DNA of 64,000 bases from positions 17,410 through 81,409 of the forward strand of contig JBIJCA010000001.1 of the NCBI GenBank assembly GCA_044344935.1, in the 5' to 3' direction. Below, one piece after another: positions 32,701 through 41,482 of this stretch. The number at the start of each line of letters is the position of its first letter. The stretch's first letter is position 1. Made by a program: the position numbers and the translations under genes. Below the pieces are notes generated by a model. The model was given only the letters and a program-made list of their open reading frames with translations. It searched no databases and had not been told where the DNA came from. Source of the stretch: Aquimonas sp. (GTDB taxonomy: Bacteria > Pseudomonadota > Gammaproteobacteria > Xanthomonadales > Xanthomonadaceae).

Positions 32701-33219
32701 GTCACCACCGAGATTGGTCTCACTTGGCTGGCCACGGTCGACGCGCGCACGCAGCTGTTCGCGTGGGACTTCGGCGGCGGACAGCGCGGCGCCGAACTGC
32801 TGAGCAACACGGCCGGCACCCTGCCCTACGCCTCGCCTGACCATACCAATGCCTGGATTCAGACCGGCCAGAGCGGCTGGGGCCTCGCCGTCGAGGGTCT
32901 TCAGCTGGGCGACGGGCCGCTTGAGTTCTTCGGGGTCTACCTGTTCGATGCGGCAGGCCAATCACGCTGGCTTACAGGCACCAGCCGCAGCGCCAGCAGC
33001 GGTAGCGTGGAGCTCGCCAGCCAACGTACCCACTGCCCGGGCTGTCCCTTCTACCCGGACTACGCCAGCCTGGCGACGCCGGGCGGTACGCTCAACCGCA
33101 GTTACACCTCGCGCATCCGCGCGACGATGGGCACCAGCATCACCCTGCCCGCGCCGCTGTCGGGCACGTGGAACCGCACCAATGTCGAAATCCAGGCCTT
33201 CGGAGACAACAACCCATGA
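29722..33219 (+). CDS. secreted modular lysyl-endopeptidase-type (Achromobacter protease I-like, S1) serine protease with PKD-like and further C-terminal domains
   Basis: Signal peptide and propeptide; triad TAHHC / TDFT / TEGGSSGS; PKD-like YVFEWDLNGDG; C-terminal GFFSDPARGGNG and AWIQTGQSGWG repeats. Confidence 0.85.
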   Translation: MKTAFPLSRPQVLAALCALALAPMAQAERLSLPSLDLPKLAAEDRVSDGKAGVPLRYGQVQAFGNKHLGLPERGLEAGGSWTEASDGAGRWWLQVEAAQARNLALHFDEFRLPAGAELRLYAAGEKTPSLVYTDADNTSQGDLRTPMLEGQSLRIELLVPQDKRAFTRLNLGSVVQGYRDPFVALAQVKSGSCNIDVACPQGDAWRPQIRSVAHYTFNSGSGSFVCTGQLVATGSQAQDRSNPRFLTAHHCVSTAAEVQSMTLYWKYESPTCRAPGSTASGQQVPRDSNTAATQSGASLLATHRETDFTIVALNATVPAAADAWYTGWDRGTGVPTGTVGIHHPAGHEKRISIDNNAPSTGPSCIITNATQTTHWYVGAWDEGTTEGGSSGSGLWRRDTGRLIGVLSGGEASCAARDQFDCYGALDKGWTGGGTAATRMSDWMVRAGGSPQTQDGYGSCAAPTVSLSSNAFSSGARVGEQVAFSAAASGGSGSGYVFEWDLNGDGDFERRGAGNSVSLRYARAQSGQVSVRVVDGSGCATVASRALDVQAARITATAQAPQQVCGNGNAGLDPGERWRIPVTLTNSGTAPLPAGAHALFANAEGSGGAELYGPDAFGYRGTNSATDPGLCGYGFVDIGDAPALALSAAGNLAAADDGRSSLIALGGSGFRLYGQTYTAAIMSTNGYVSFSANDSGGDYDNSCTGLMDNGGAGPRLHVLHDDLVVASNGGLRYRYFASCPRAPIGGSDQSCHVFQWDAMQVYSATSPTGNASFQAIAYPGNGQVVYQYRRANTNAGAGATIGLINASGADQLLASCNAENSAPAESAICVFDPQNLPLASTPVLLESPTVSVPALAVGASATVQLSVQVPQSSACGAPVGVDYLATALSGEHSMQPATVFAAQVASSCAAVSTCPATSRPLPRRGFFSDPARGGNGLAVFTYGDNANPVVGAIWYTGDRSYLSDWYTLAGPLRGGLMESPLFRTRNNQPSGFAPVTTEIGLTWLATVDARTQLFAWDFGGGQRGAELLSNTAGTLPYASPDHTNAWIQTGQSGWGLAVEGLQLGDGPLEFFGVYLFDAAGQSRWLTGTSRSASSGSVELASQRTHCPGCPFYPDYASLATPGGTLNRSYTSRIRATMGTSITLPAPLSGTWNRTNVEIQAFGDNNP

Positions 33220-33707
33220 GTGAACGCCGCCTGCGCCGCCTGATCCTGCTGCGCCACGCCCATGCCCAGCCCCAGCAGCCCGGCCAGCTCGATCGTGATC
33301 GCCCGCTGTCCGAAACCGGTGAAGCCGAGGCCGATGCCGCCGGTCGCTGGCTGCAGCAGCACGCGCCGCTGCCGCAGCGTCTGGTCTCTTCGCCGGCGCA
33401 GCGCGCCCAGGCCACCGCCCAGCGCGTACTGGCGCAGACCGGCTACATCGACCAGCGCAGCGACGAACGCATCTACGAGGCCAGCCCCGGCGAACTGTTC
33501 GATGTGGTGGTGAGCCACGCCGAGGTCGAAGTGCTGATGCTGGTCGGCCACAACCCGGGTTTTGAGTCGCTGGCAGCGCTGCTGTCGACCGGCCAGAGCG
33601 GTGACCATCGCGGCATGCCGCCGGCAGGGATCGCCGTGCTCGACTTCGAACCCGGCGCCGAGATCGAGCCGGGCGCCGGGCGGCTTTCCGCGTTCTGGGC
33701 CCCCTGA
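33216..33707 (+). CDS. sixA: phosphohistidine phosphatase SixA family
   Basis: LILLRHAHA, DRPLS, SSPAQRAQAT, LVGHNPG. ATGA overlap with the protease stop. Confidence 0.88.
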   Translation: MSERRLRRLILLRHAHAQPQQPGQLDRDRPLSETGEAEADAAGRWLQQHAPLPQRLVSSPAQRAQATAQRVLAQTGYIDQRSDERIYEASPGELFDVVVSHAEVEVLMLVGHNPGFESLAALLSTGQSGDHRGMPPAGIAVLDFEPGAEIEPGAGRLSAFWAP

Positions 33708-33724
33708 GGCGCTGCCGGATCGAC

Positions 33725-34330
33725 GTGCGTACACCCGCTTTCCTCGCCGCCGCGCTGCGGGTCTCGATGTCCATGGTGTTGACCACGACCGCGAGCGTCG
33801 TCGCCGCGGACGAGCCCGGTCTGCGCATCGATACCGCGAAGTCGCTGGCCGGCTTCTCCGTGCGTGCGGCCTGGGTCAAGCGGATCGAGGGCCGCTTCGC
33901 CCATATCGAAGGCGTGGTCCGACCCGAAGCGGCCGACCGCTTCGTGCTGGAAGTGCGGATCGCGTCCGGCAGCGTGCTGATGGAACGCAGCAGCCATGAA
34001 GAATGGGCGCGCTCGGCAGACTTCTTCGATGCCGCCCGGCACCCATGGATCGAATTCCGTGCCGCGGGACTTCCCGGCGCACTCCTGCGCACTGGCGGCC
34101 CGATCGACGGTGTGCTGACCCTGCGGGGCATCAGCCGACCGGTCAGCTTCGAACTGCTGCCGGCGGACTGCGCCGAGCCGGGGCTTCAGTGCCCGGTGCA
34201 GGCCCGCGGCGAGGTCGACCGCAGCGAATTCGGCATGACCGCGCGCCGGGTGTTCGTCAGCGATCGGGTCAAGCTCAGCTTCGACGTCCGCCTGCGCGCG
34301 CCGGAGCCGGCTCCGCCTGGACGCGGCTGA
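33725..34330 (+). CDS. YceI-family protein
   Basis: IDTAKSLAGFSV, FFDAARHPWIEF, GVLTLRGISRPV, VDRSEFGM. Confidence 0.85.
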   Translation: MRTPAFLAAALRVSMSMVLTTTASVVAADEPGLRIDTAKSLAGFSVRAAWVKRIEGRFAHIEGVVRPEAADRFVLEVRIASGSVLMERSSHEEWARSADFFDAARHPWIEFRAAGLPGALLRTGGPIDGVLTLRGISRPVSFELLPADCAEPGLQCPVQARGEVDRSEFGMTARRVFVSDRVKLSFDVRLRAPEPAPPGRG

Positions 34331-34347
34331 ACGGGCATCCACCGGTC

Positions 34348-36243
34348 ATGAACGCGCGCCCCGCCACCGCTGTGTTGCTTGCCCTGCTGAGCCTGCTGCT
34401 GATCGCCTGCACGCCCTCGCGCGAGCGCATCCGCATCGACGTCGATCGCGCGGCGGCGCATCAGGACCATTCGCTTGACTGCGAACGACCGGACCGCTGC
34501 GCCGTCCGCTCGCCGCTGCGGGTGGCTGCTGCGGAGGCCGTGCGCGACTCCACCGCCGAAGCGCCGCGTCACATCGCCCTCAGTCTCGAGAGCGGACACG
34601 ATGCACTGCTGGCGCGCCTGCACCTGATTCGATCCGCGCGTCGCAGCATCGAGGTGCAGAGCTTCATCTTCGCCGAGGATGACGCCGGCTACCTGGTGCT
34701 CGACGAACTGCTGCGCGCGGCCCGACGCGGGGTGCGCGTGCGCGTGCTGCTCGACCAGCTGTTCTCGATCGAGAACGTGACGCTGCAGGCCGGGCTGGCG
34801 CAGGCCCATGCCAACTTCCAACTGCGCATGTACAACCCCACCTTCGGCAAGGGCGCGACCAACAAGTTCGAATTCGTCGGCGGCATCCTCTGCTGCTTCA
34901 CCCAGTTCAACCAGCGCATGCACAACAAGCTGCTGCTGGTCGATGGCCTGATCGGCATCACCGGCGGCCGCAACTATCAGGAGCGCTACTTCGACCTCGA
35001 TCCCGGCTTCAACTACCGCGACCGCGATGTCCTGGTGGGCGGCCCGGTGGCAACCGCGATGCAGCGCAGCTTCGAGCAGTTCTGGAACGCCGAGCGCAGC
35101 CTACCGGTGGCCGGTCTGCGGGATGTGCGCCGTCTCCTCGATGCGGCAGCGCGCGGACGCGAGGTGCTGGCCACGCTGCCCCTGCGCCAGCCCGCACGCA
35201 GCGAGGCGATGCAGAGGGAGCTGGATGACCCGGTGCGGCTGCACGCCGTGCTGATGGCGCCGTTGCACCGTGTGGGCCGCGTCGACTTCTACTCTGACGG
35301 TCCGGAAAAGCAGCTCGGGCGGATCGAGCCAGGCCGCCGCGACAGCAGCGACAGCCTGCGGCGCGCGGTCTTGCGCGCCCGCGAGGAAATCGTTCTGCAG
35401 ACGCCCTACCTGGTCCTGTCGCGGCAGGCCCGCAGCACGTTTCAGCGCCTCCAGCAGCGGCCGTCGCCGCCGCGCGTGCGGATCAGCACCAACAGCCTCG
35501 CCTCGACCGATGCATTCCCGGTGTACGCACTGAGCCACAAGTACAAGCGCACCTATCTGCGCGAGCTGAAGTTCGAGATCCACGAGTACAAGCCGCGCCC
35601 CGAAAACGCCCCCATCGCCCTGAACCTCGACCCCGAGAACGACGCCATCAGCCTGCCGCCGCGCTTTCTGCGCAGCGAGTCAACGCGGGTGTTCGGATCC
35701 GCCGCGGGCTCCGGTGCCGACACCCCGGGTCGACTGGCCCTGAGCGGCCCGCTGCCACTGCAGACGCTCGGCATGCGCATCGGCCTGCATTCCAAGTCGA
35801 TGGTCATCGACGGCGAGCTGGCGGTGATCGGCAGCCACAACTTCGACCCGCGCTCGGACCGGCTCAACACCGAATCACTGGTGATGATCCACGACCGCGC
35901 CTTCGCCCAGGAGCTGCGCGACACCCTGCTGGAAGACATGAGTCCCGCCAATGCCTGGGTCATCGCGCCGCGGCCGCGCGCGCCGCGGCTGGTTCGCGGC
36001 TTGAACTACAGCCTGGGCAAGGCCTTCGAGTACCTGCCGCTGTTCGACTTCTGGCCGTGGCGCTACGCCACCAGCTGGGAGTACACCGGCGGCCCCGGCT
36101 GCCAGCCGATGTCGCCCTTTGACCCGGCCTTCGTCAACTGCCACACGCCGGTCGGCGACTTCCCGCAGGTCGAGATTCCGTTCAAGGCCATGAACACCCG
36201 CATCCTCACTGCCTTTGGCGCGGGGCTGGCGCCGATTCTCTGA
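34348..36243 (+). CDS. phospholipase D-family lipoprotein (cardiolipin synthase ClsC/YmdC-like)
   Basis: Two HKD motifs (RMHNKLLLVD, GLHSKSMVID), GGRNY, GSHNFDPRS; lipobox-like LLIAC. Confidence 0.88.
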   Translation: MNARPATAVLLALLSLLLIACTPSRERIRIDVDRAAAHQDHSLDCERPDRCAVRSPLRVAAAEAVRDSTAEAPRHIALSLESGHDALLARLHLIRSARRSIEVQSFIFAEDDAGYLVLDELLRAARRGVRVRVLLDQLFSIENVTLQAGLAQAHANFQLRMYNPTFGKGATNKFEFVGGILCCFTQFNQRMHNKLLLVDGLIGITGGRNYQERYFDLDPGFNYRDRDVLVGGPVATAMQRSFEQFWNAERSLPVAGLRDVRRLLDAAARGREVLATLPLRQPARSEAMQRELDDPVRLHAVLMAPLHRVGRVDFYSDGPEKQLGRIEPGRRDSSDSLRRAVLRAREEIVLQTPYLVLSRQARSTFQRLQQRPSPPRVRISTNSLASTDAFPVYALSHKYKRTYLRELKFEIHEYKPRPENAPIALNLDPENDAISLPPRFLRSESTRVFGSAAGSGADTPGRLALSGPLPLQTLGMRIGLHSKSMVIDGELAVIGSHNFDPRSDRLNTESLVMIHDRAFAQELRDTLLEDMSPANAWVIAPRPRAPRLVRGLNYSLGKAFEYLPLFDFWPWRYATSWEYTGGPGCQPMSPFDPAFVNCHTPVGDFPQVEIPFKAMNTRILTAFGAGLAPIL

Positions 36244-36265
36244 AGCGCTGATTCGCTGTTCGCTC

Positions 36266-37078
36266 TCACGCCGGTCCCATCCGCGCGCTTTCAATGCCGC
36301 CCCGCCATTCGCGTTCGGCATCAATCGCGCCGCGCTGTTCCAGAAAGCGCAGGATCGCGCGCACCGTCACCACCGGGTAGCGGCCGGACAGTCGCGTCGC
36401 TACCGAGTGGTCGGTGAACACCAGGTTGTCCGCGAGCAGGCCGCCAGCGACTCGCTTGCGGTAGGCGATGCGCACTTCATCAGGAACGAAGCCGCTGCTG
36501 AGCGCGTGCGCCTGTGCTGCGCGTCGGTCGAGTGCGGCGCCGTAGTCGGCGGCGGCGAGCAGCTCCAGCACCCAGGCGGTGGAGTTCTGGGTGTGGCGAC
36601 TGTCCGGGCGGGCGATCAGGTTGTAGCGGCGCTCGTGCAGGGCGTGAACGTGTCCGGACCGCAGCAGGTTCACGACGCGCTCGGCGAACGCGGGCTCAAG
36701 CCAGACGATCCGTGCGTCCTGCCGGTGCAGGTCATCGGCGAAGAAGTTGACCAGCCCTTCGGCGAACAGCGCCGAGTGGCTGCTGGCGCAGTGGTTCAGC
36801 AGATGCACAACCGTCCAGCGCCCCTGCGGATGATCGCGCAGCACGAAGCCGACGTGGCTGTAGTGCAGACCGTGCTTGGACAGGTCGGTGCCGGCGCGCG
36901 CCAGCAGGGCGACTTCGGCCTCGCGATCGTCGAGTGCGGCGGCAACGCGCAGCGCGCTCTCGGCCGCGGCGGCCCAGCCCTGCGGCGAGAGCTCGACGGC
37001 TTCGCAGTCGCGACCGGCCAGCGCGGGCGACGTGATCCAGAAGCAGAGGCACAGAGAGAGCGCACGTAGCCTGCTCAT
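36266..37078 (-). CDS. DUF2145-family exported protein
   Basis: LLARAGTDLSKHGLHYSH, WTVVHLLNHC, QNSTAWVLELLA. Confidence 0.75.
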   Translation of the reverse strand: MSRLRALSLCLCFWITSPALAGRDCEAVELSPQGWAAAAESALRVAAALDDREAEVALLARAGTDLSKHGLHYSHVGFVLRDHPQGRWTVVHLLNHCASSHSALFAEGLVNFFADDLHRQDARIVWLEPAFAERVVNLLRSGHVHALHERRYNLIARPDSRHTQNSTAWVLELLAAADYGAALDRRAAQAHALSSGFVPDEVRIAYRKRVAGGLLADNLVFTDHSVATRLSGRYPVVTVRAILRFLEQRGAIDAEREWRGGIESARMGPA

Positions 37079-37506
37079 CGCCGCAGCTCCGTGCGGTGGA
37101 TGTGCGGTGCGAGGGCTTCGTCGGCGATGAAGGCGATCGCTTCGGACCCTGCCCAGAGCAGGAAGCCGCCGCTGACCGCGGTCGCCACCAGGGTGGTGCC
37201 GACCACCACGCCGCTGGCCTGCAGCGCCTCACGGCCGAGCACGAAGCTCAGCCGCACGCCGTCCACGGCGCCGAGCAGCACGACTTCCATGCTCGCGCCG
37301 ACCGGGCGCAGTGCCGCCACGCTGAACTCGCTGCCCGCGGCGAGCAGATCGACGCTCGCGCGCGGCAGCGCTCCCAGTGATTCGGACAGTCGAACGGACG
37401 CGCGGCTGGCCTCGCTCTGGGCTTGGGCCCGCAGCGGATGGGCGCTCAGCGCAAGAGCCAGGACAAGAATCGCAACGGACAGCGGGGACATCGGCAGACG
37501 ACGCAT
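37075..37506 (-). CDS. small exported hypothetical protein
   Basis: Signal peptide (AILVLALALSAHPLRA), SEASRAS, C-terminal IAFIADE; overlaps the DUF2145 gene start. Confidence 0.65.
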   Translation of the reverse strand: MRRLPMSPLSVAILVLALALSAHPLRAQAQSEASRASVRLSESLGALPRASVDLLAAGSEFSVAALRPVGASMEVVLLGAVDGVRLSFVLGREALQASGVVVGTTLVATAVSGGFLLWAGSEAIAFIADEALAPHIHRTELRR

Positions 37507-37634
37507 GGGGCGCTCCAGCAGTGGCGGGCAGGTCGAGATTCGGCTGAGGTGGCGTCGTCGTGCAATCTGAATCCACCAAGGTGCAGATTCAGCCGCTTCG
37601 GGTATCGTTCACCGATACCGCTTGGGGGATTTCG

Positions 37635-38369
37635 ATGGCGCTGCGGATGGAGCTGGTGGATGCCCTGAAGCGCCTGCTGAAGGCGCAGGGCCTGACCTAT
37701 GCGGCCTTGGCCGCGCAGTTGAAGGTGAGCGAACCCACGGTCAAGCGCATGTTCTCGCGGCGCACGCTGACCCTGGAAAGGCTGGAACAGGTCTGCGCCG
37801 TCCTGCACATCGGCCTCGCCGAGCTGGCCGAGGAAGCGCAGCGCCGCACGCCACCGCTGGCGGAGCTGAGCGCCGCGCAGGAGCAGGCGCTGGTCGACGA
37901 TCCTGCCCTGCTGCTGGCCTTGTATCTGGTGCTGAACCGCTGGCGCAGCGACGAGGTGATGGCGCGCTACCGCTTCAGCGAGCCGGATTGGATCCTGCTG
38001 CTCACGCGCCTGGACCGGCTCGGCATCATCGAGCTGCAGCCCGGCAATCGTGCGCGTACGCGTACGGCGCGCAATTTCCGCTGGCGCCGCGGCGGGCCGA
38101 TGCAGCGCTTCTTCCAGCAGCGCTTGCTGCCCGAGTACTTCAGTCAGAGCTTCGAGGGCGAGCAGGAACAGCTGCTGCTGTTGAGCGGCATGCTGTCGCC
38201 GGCGTCGGCGCGGCAGATGCAGGCTCGACTGCAGGAACTGGCGACGGAATTCGATGCGCTGCTGTCGCAGGATGGGCTGCTGCCCAGTCGTGAACGCACG
38301 GGCGTGAGCCTGGTGCTGGCGCAGCGGCCCTGGAGCCTCGGCCTGTTCGCACCGCTGCGGCGCCAATAG
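37635..38369 (+). CDS. XRE-family helix-turn-helix regulator
   Basis: LKRLLKAQGLTYAALAAQLKVSEPTVKRMFS; divergent from the DUF2145 pair. Confidence 0.85.
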   Translation: MALRMELVDALKRLLKAQGLTYAALAAQLKVSEPTVKRMFSRRTLTLERLEQVCAVLHIGLAELAEEAQRRTPPLAELSAAQEQALVDDPALLLALYLVLNRWRSDEVMARYRFSEPDWILLLTRLDRLGIIELQPGNRARTRTARNFRWRRGGPMQRFFQQRLLPEYFSQSFEGEQEQLLLLSGMLSPASARQMQARLQELATEFDALLSQDGLLPSRERTGVSLVLAQRPWSLGLFAPLRRQ

Positions 38370-38391
38370 GTCGATGGATGTCGTTCTCGCC

Positions 38392-38426
38392 AAAACGAAA
38401 CGCCCGGCGATAAGCCGGGCGTTTCG
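38392..38426 (-). terminator. intrinsic terminator between convergent genes
   Basis: 13-bp stem CGAAACGCCCGGC / GCCGGGCGTTTCG with a 5-nt loop, followed by TTTT on the minus strand. Confidence 0.75.
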
Positions 38427-38458
38427 CGGGGGAACTGCGTGATTCCTGGCTTGGCGGG

Positions 38459-41227
38459 TCAGTTGCCCTCGAAGCCGTGAGCGAAGATGAAGTTCAGATT
38501 GGCTGCTTCACAGGTGGTGCCTTCGAACACGCGAACATCATCGATCCACCAGCCGTTGCCGCCGACTGAAGAATCGCTGCCGGCACGGAAGCGCAAAAGC
38601 ACCGATCGCCCGCCGAAGTCCGCCAGGTTGACCCGGCTGACAACAAACCCGGCGATGCTGCCGTGCCACGCGGCACGGCCGTTCAGCGGGTTGGTCGCTC
38701 CCCCCACGCTGAGCGGACCGACGTAGCCGCCAGCCAGGAAGCGGCTGGCATTTGCAGGCACGCCGCCCTGCGCACCGAGAATATCCGTCCACGTAGTCCC
38801 GCCATCAAGCGAGTACTCCAGCACGCCACCGTCCCAGCTGGCTTCGGTCTGATAGCGATGCGCGAACTCAAGCGTCGCATTGCTACCCACCGCGAGACTC
38901 AGCGGGTTTGCAAGGGTCAACTGACGGTCCGAGGCCGTGGTCGGATTCGGCACGAACCAGCTCCGGGTGGGCGAGTTTGCCGCAGTGCTGACGATCGCGA
39001 AGTTGGCACCGGCACCCGTCCCTGCCACCGCCCAGGCGCCCGGGCCTGACTCGACGTCGTCGGAAAACGCGACCGTATCCGGGCCGAAGGCGGCAGCGCT
39101 GCGACGGATCAGGTTGGTCTCCTCGACACCGTTGCACTGGCCAGCAGCCGGCGTGGCGCCAAGGTCCTCCGCACGCACGATGTAGTGCTGGGCGACGCCT
39201 GATTCGACTTCGATGTCCGCCAGCGCCGTCGCACTGATGCAGGACTCGAGCAGGTTGGCCGGGGCCGGCGTGAAATCCGGGCTGCTGCCGCGGTACACGT
39301 TGTAACGCACGTTCGAAGCGGCGCCGCAGTTGCCGACAGCCGTCGGCCAGCTCAGGGCGATACCGCAGGACGCTGTGCCGGCGCTGGTGGCGCTGGTCAG
39401 GCCGGCAAAGCTCGGCGGCAACGCGCAGGTGCCGCTTGCAGTGGCGCTCGAGCAGGCGCTGGGCGCCGAGGGACACTCTTCCACCGAGTCGAATGCCACG
39501 ACCTGATACACGTAGCTGCTGCCGCCGGAGACGGCGTTGTCGACATAGCTGGTGGCTCCGGTGACCTCGGCGATCTGCACGTAGCCGCTTCCGGGACAGG
39601 TGCCGATGCTGCGCAGCACGCGGTAAGTGCTGATGCCTCCGACTGCCGTCCAGGCCAGCGAGATCTGATTGGCTGCGGTGGCCGTTGCGGTCAGTCCGGT
39701 GGGCGCCGCGGGCGGGTTGCAGCCGCCGATGCCGTCGATCGACACCGGATTCTGGCCCAAGGGGTCGAGGTAGTCGCGTACTCGGGTCGTAGCGCTTCCA
39801 AGGCCGTCCCAGGCATGGAACAGACCGCCGTACTGGTCCCTGAGGTTTGCGCCCGTGGCGCCGCAGGCGGAGGGGCCACCCGAGAGCACGCCGACCAGGC
39901 GCTGTTCGGCGTTGTAGAGCGGCGAACCTGAGGAACCCGGTTCGGTGACGGATGGCGGCAGGGTGGCCGGCATGGGGGTGATGTTCGGCAGGCGCGGTGG
40001 CGTGGGATCCCAGTCGGCGCGCCAGTGGACGCCAGAGGCGCCAGAGATGTTGTCGAGCACCATGTTCTGTTCGACGAAGGTGATCCGCTTCTCATCGACG
40101 CCCGGGTGGTGGATGGAAGCGCACAGCCCGGCGGTGCTGGCGAGGTCGGATGGCGCCGAGCACAGCATCGCCGACGGGCCAGGCGCGCGCCTGTCCCAGC
40201 CCGCCCAGTAGAGGTTGAAGGTGTTGTTCGGGGCCGGCGTCGCCAGCTCCAGCAGGGTGAAGTCGGAGCGGTCACCAGCGGGTGCGCTGCCGCTGAAGGG
40301 ATTGCCGGTCTGAGCGAGGAAGCGCAGTCCGGGCGTGGTGGTCGTGGGTTTGGGCAGGACCGGGCTGCTGCCGCTCGCGGCGGGCACACGGCACGTGGGC
40401 GACTCGTAGTTCCAGTACACCAGCACCGTGGCTGCAGCGGTGTCATTGGCGACACCGCAGTGGGTGGCGGTGGCGAACAGCATGCGGCGGTCATTGGCGG
40501 TGTTGTTGACCAGGGAGCCGGTGCAGGCGTCGGTGCCGCCGCGCGACCAGGCGCCTACCGAGCGACGCGGGAGGTTCCACGGGTCGTTTTCGGACAGGCA
40601 GGCGACGTCGGTGTTGCAGGCGCCGGATTTGCAGGCCTTGGATTTGGAACCGAAGCCGCGGTAGCCCTGGTTCACCGAGTGCATTTCCAGCGTCACTTGG
40701 CTCCGTCCAGACGCCGGAACGCGCAGGTGCAGCAGTGCCTCCTCGCCGAGGACGACCGGCGTCCACAGCTGGCCGTGCGGCAGCATGTCCTGCACCGTGA
40801 ACGGGCCCACCTTGTTGAGCCCGCTGGTCGAGACGATGTTCAGCTCGGCGCCGGGCGGCAGGGCGAACTGTCGGAAGCCGAAGTTCAGGTGAGCGGCGTC
40901 TTCTGCGCTGATACGCAGGCGCCAGATCCAGTCGCCTTCGGGCGACTGCGACCATTCACCGCTGTTCGACGGATTGAAGTCGACCGGGCGTGCGACCGCG
41001 AAGCGCTTGGGAAAGCCGGGCATCTCATCGCGCAGCGTGTCCTCGGCGGCGAGCGTATCGAGGTCGAGCTTGCCGAAGCTCTTCGACGGCACGGCATCAA
41101 GCCCGGCGAGATAGCGGGCATGCGGTGCCTGTGGGTCGACGTTCGCCAGTGCGAACGGCGAAGCGAAAACGATTGCAAGAACGAAGCCCGCGGACAGCCG
41201 CCCGCGTGGCCGGAGTGCAGTAAGCAT
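38459..41227 (-). CDS. secreted lysyl-endopeptidase-type serine protease with FN3 domain(s), jelly-roll domain and IFAHGFE tail
   Basis: Real start at MLTALRPRG (41227); triad ATHC / SDFT / TEPGSSGS; RDQYG; FN3-like APTGLTATAT; WDGGVLEYS..GWWIDDV. The longer listed ORF (to 43981) includes sequence antisense to thrA. Confidence 0.85.
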   Translation of the reverse strand: MLTALRPRGRLSAGFVLAIVFASPFALANVDPQAPHARYLAGLDAVPSKSFGKLDLDTLAAEDTLRDEMPGFPKRFAVARPVDFNPSNSGEWSQSPEGDWIWRLRISAEDAAHLNFGFRQFALPPGAELNIVSTSGLNKVGPFTVQDMLPHGQLWTPVVLGEEALLHLRVPASGRSQVTLEMHSVNQGYRGFGSKSKACKSGACNTDVACLSENDPWNLPRRSVGAWSRGGTDACTGSLVNNTANDRRMLFATATHCGVANDTAAATVLVYWNYESPTCRVPAASGSSPVLPKPTTTTPGLRFLAQTGNPFSGSAPAGDRSDFTLLELATPAPNNTFNLYWAGWDRRAPGPSAMLCSAPSDLASTAGLCASIHHPGVDEKRITFVEQNMVLDNISGASGVHWRADWDPTPPRLPNITPMPATLPPSVTEPGSSGSPLYNAEQRLVGVLSGGPSACGATGANLRDQYGGLFHAWDGLGSATTRVRDYLDPLGQNPVSIDGIGGCNPPAAPTGLTATATAANQISLAWTAVGGISTYRVLRSIGTCPGSGYVQIAEVTGATSYVDNAVSGGSSYVYQVVAFDSVEECPSAPSACSSATASGTCALPPSFAGLTSATSAGTASCGIALSWPTAVGNCGAASNVRYNVYRGSSPDFTPAPANLLESCISATALADIEVESGVAQHYIVRAEDLGATPAAGQCNGVEETNLIRRSAAAFGPDTVAFSDDVESGPGAWAVAGTGAGANFAIVSTAANSPTRSWFVPNPTTASDRQLTLANPLSLAVGSNATLEFAHRYQTEASWDGGVLEYSLDGGTTWTDILGAQGGVPANASRFLAGGYVGPLSVGGATNPLNGRAAWHGSIAGFVVSRVNLADFGGRSVLLRFRAGSDSSVGGNGWWIDDVRVFEGTTCEAANLNFIFAHGFEGN

Positions 41228-41482
41228 GAGTTGTCTCCCCGAGTGATGTCTGCCGCCGCGATCAGCCTGTCCGTGGCGATCGTGAGACGGTTCACCGACA
41301 TTACACCTGTGTTGGGATGGACGAAAGTCGACCAACGGGTTGGACGAGGGGCCCGGCGTCCTCCCGCCTGGGTAGCCGCGCTGCCCATGCCGCCTCGGCA
41401 CAAGCCGCCCTGACGCATTGCAGCAGGCCGTGGAGCCGCTGCTATGCTCGCCCTCCACTTGGATTTCACGAGGCGAATCGTC

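Noticed and set aside
41228-41482. Thr/Ile leader-peptide attenuator or SAM/lysine riboswitch before thrA
   Set aside because: I found no short Thr/Ile-rich ORF, no terminator with a U-tract and no recognisable riboswitch core.
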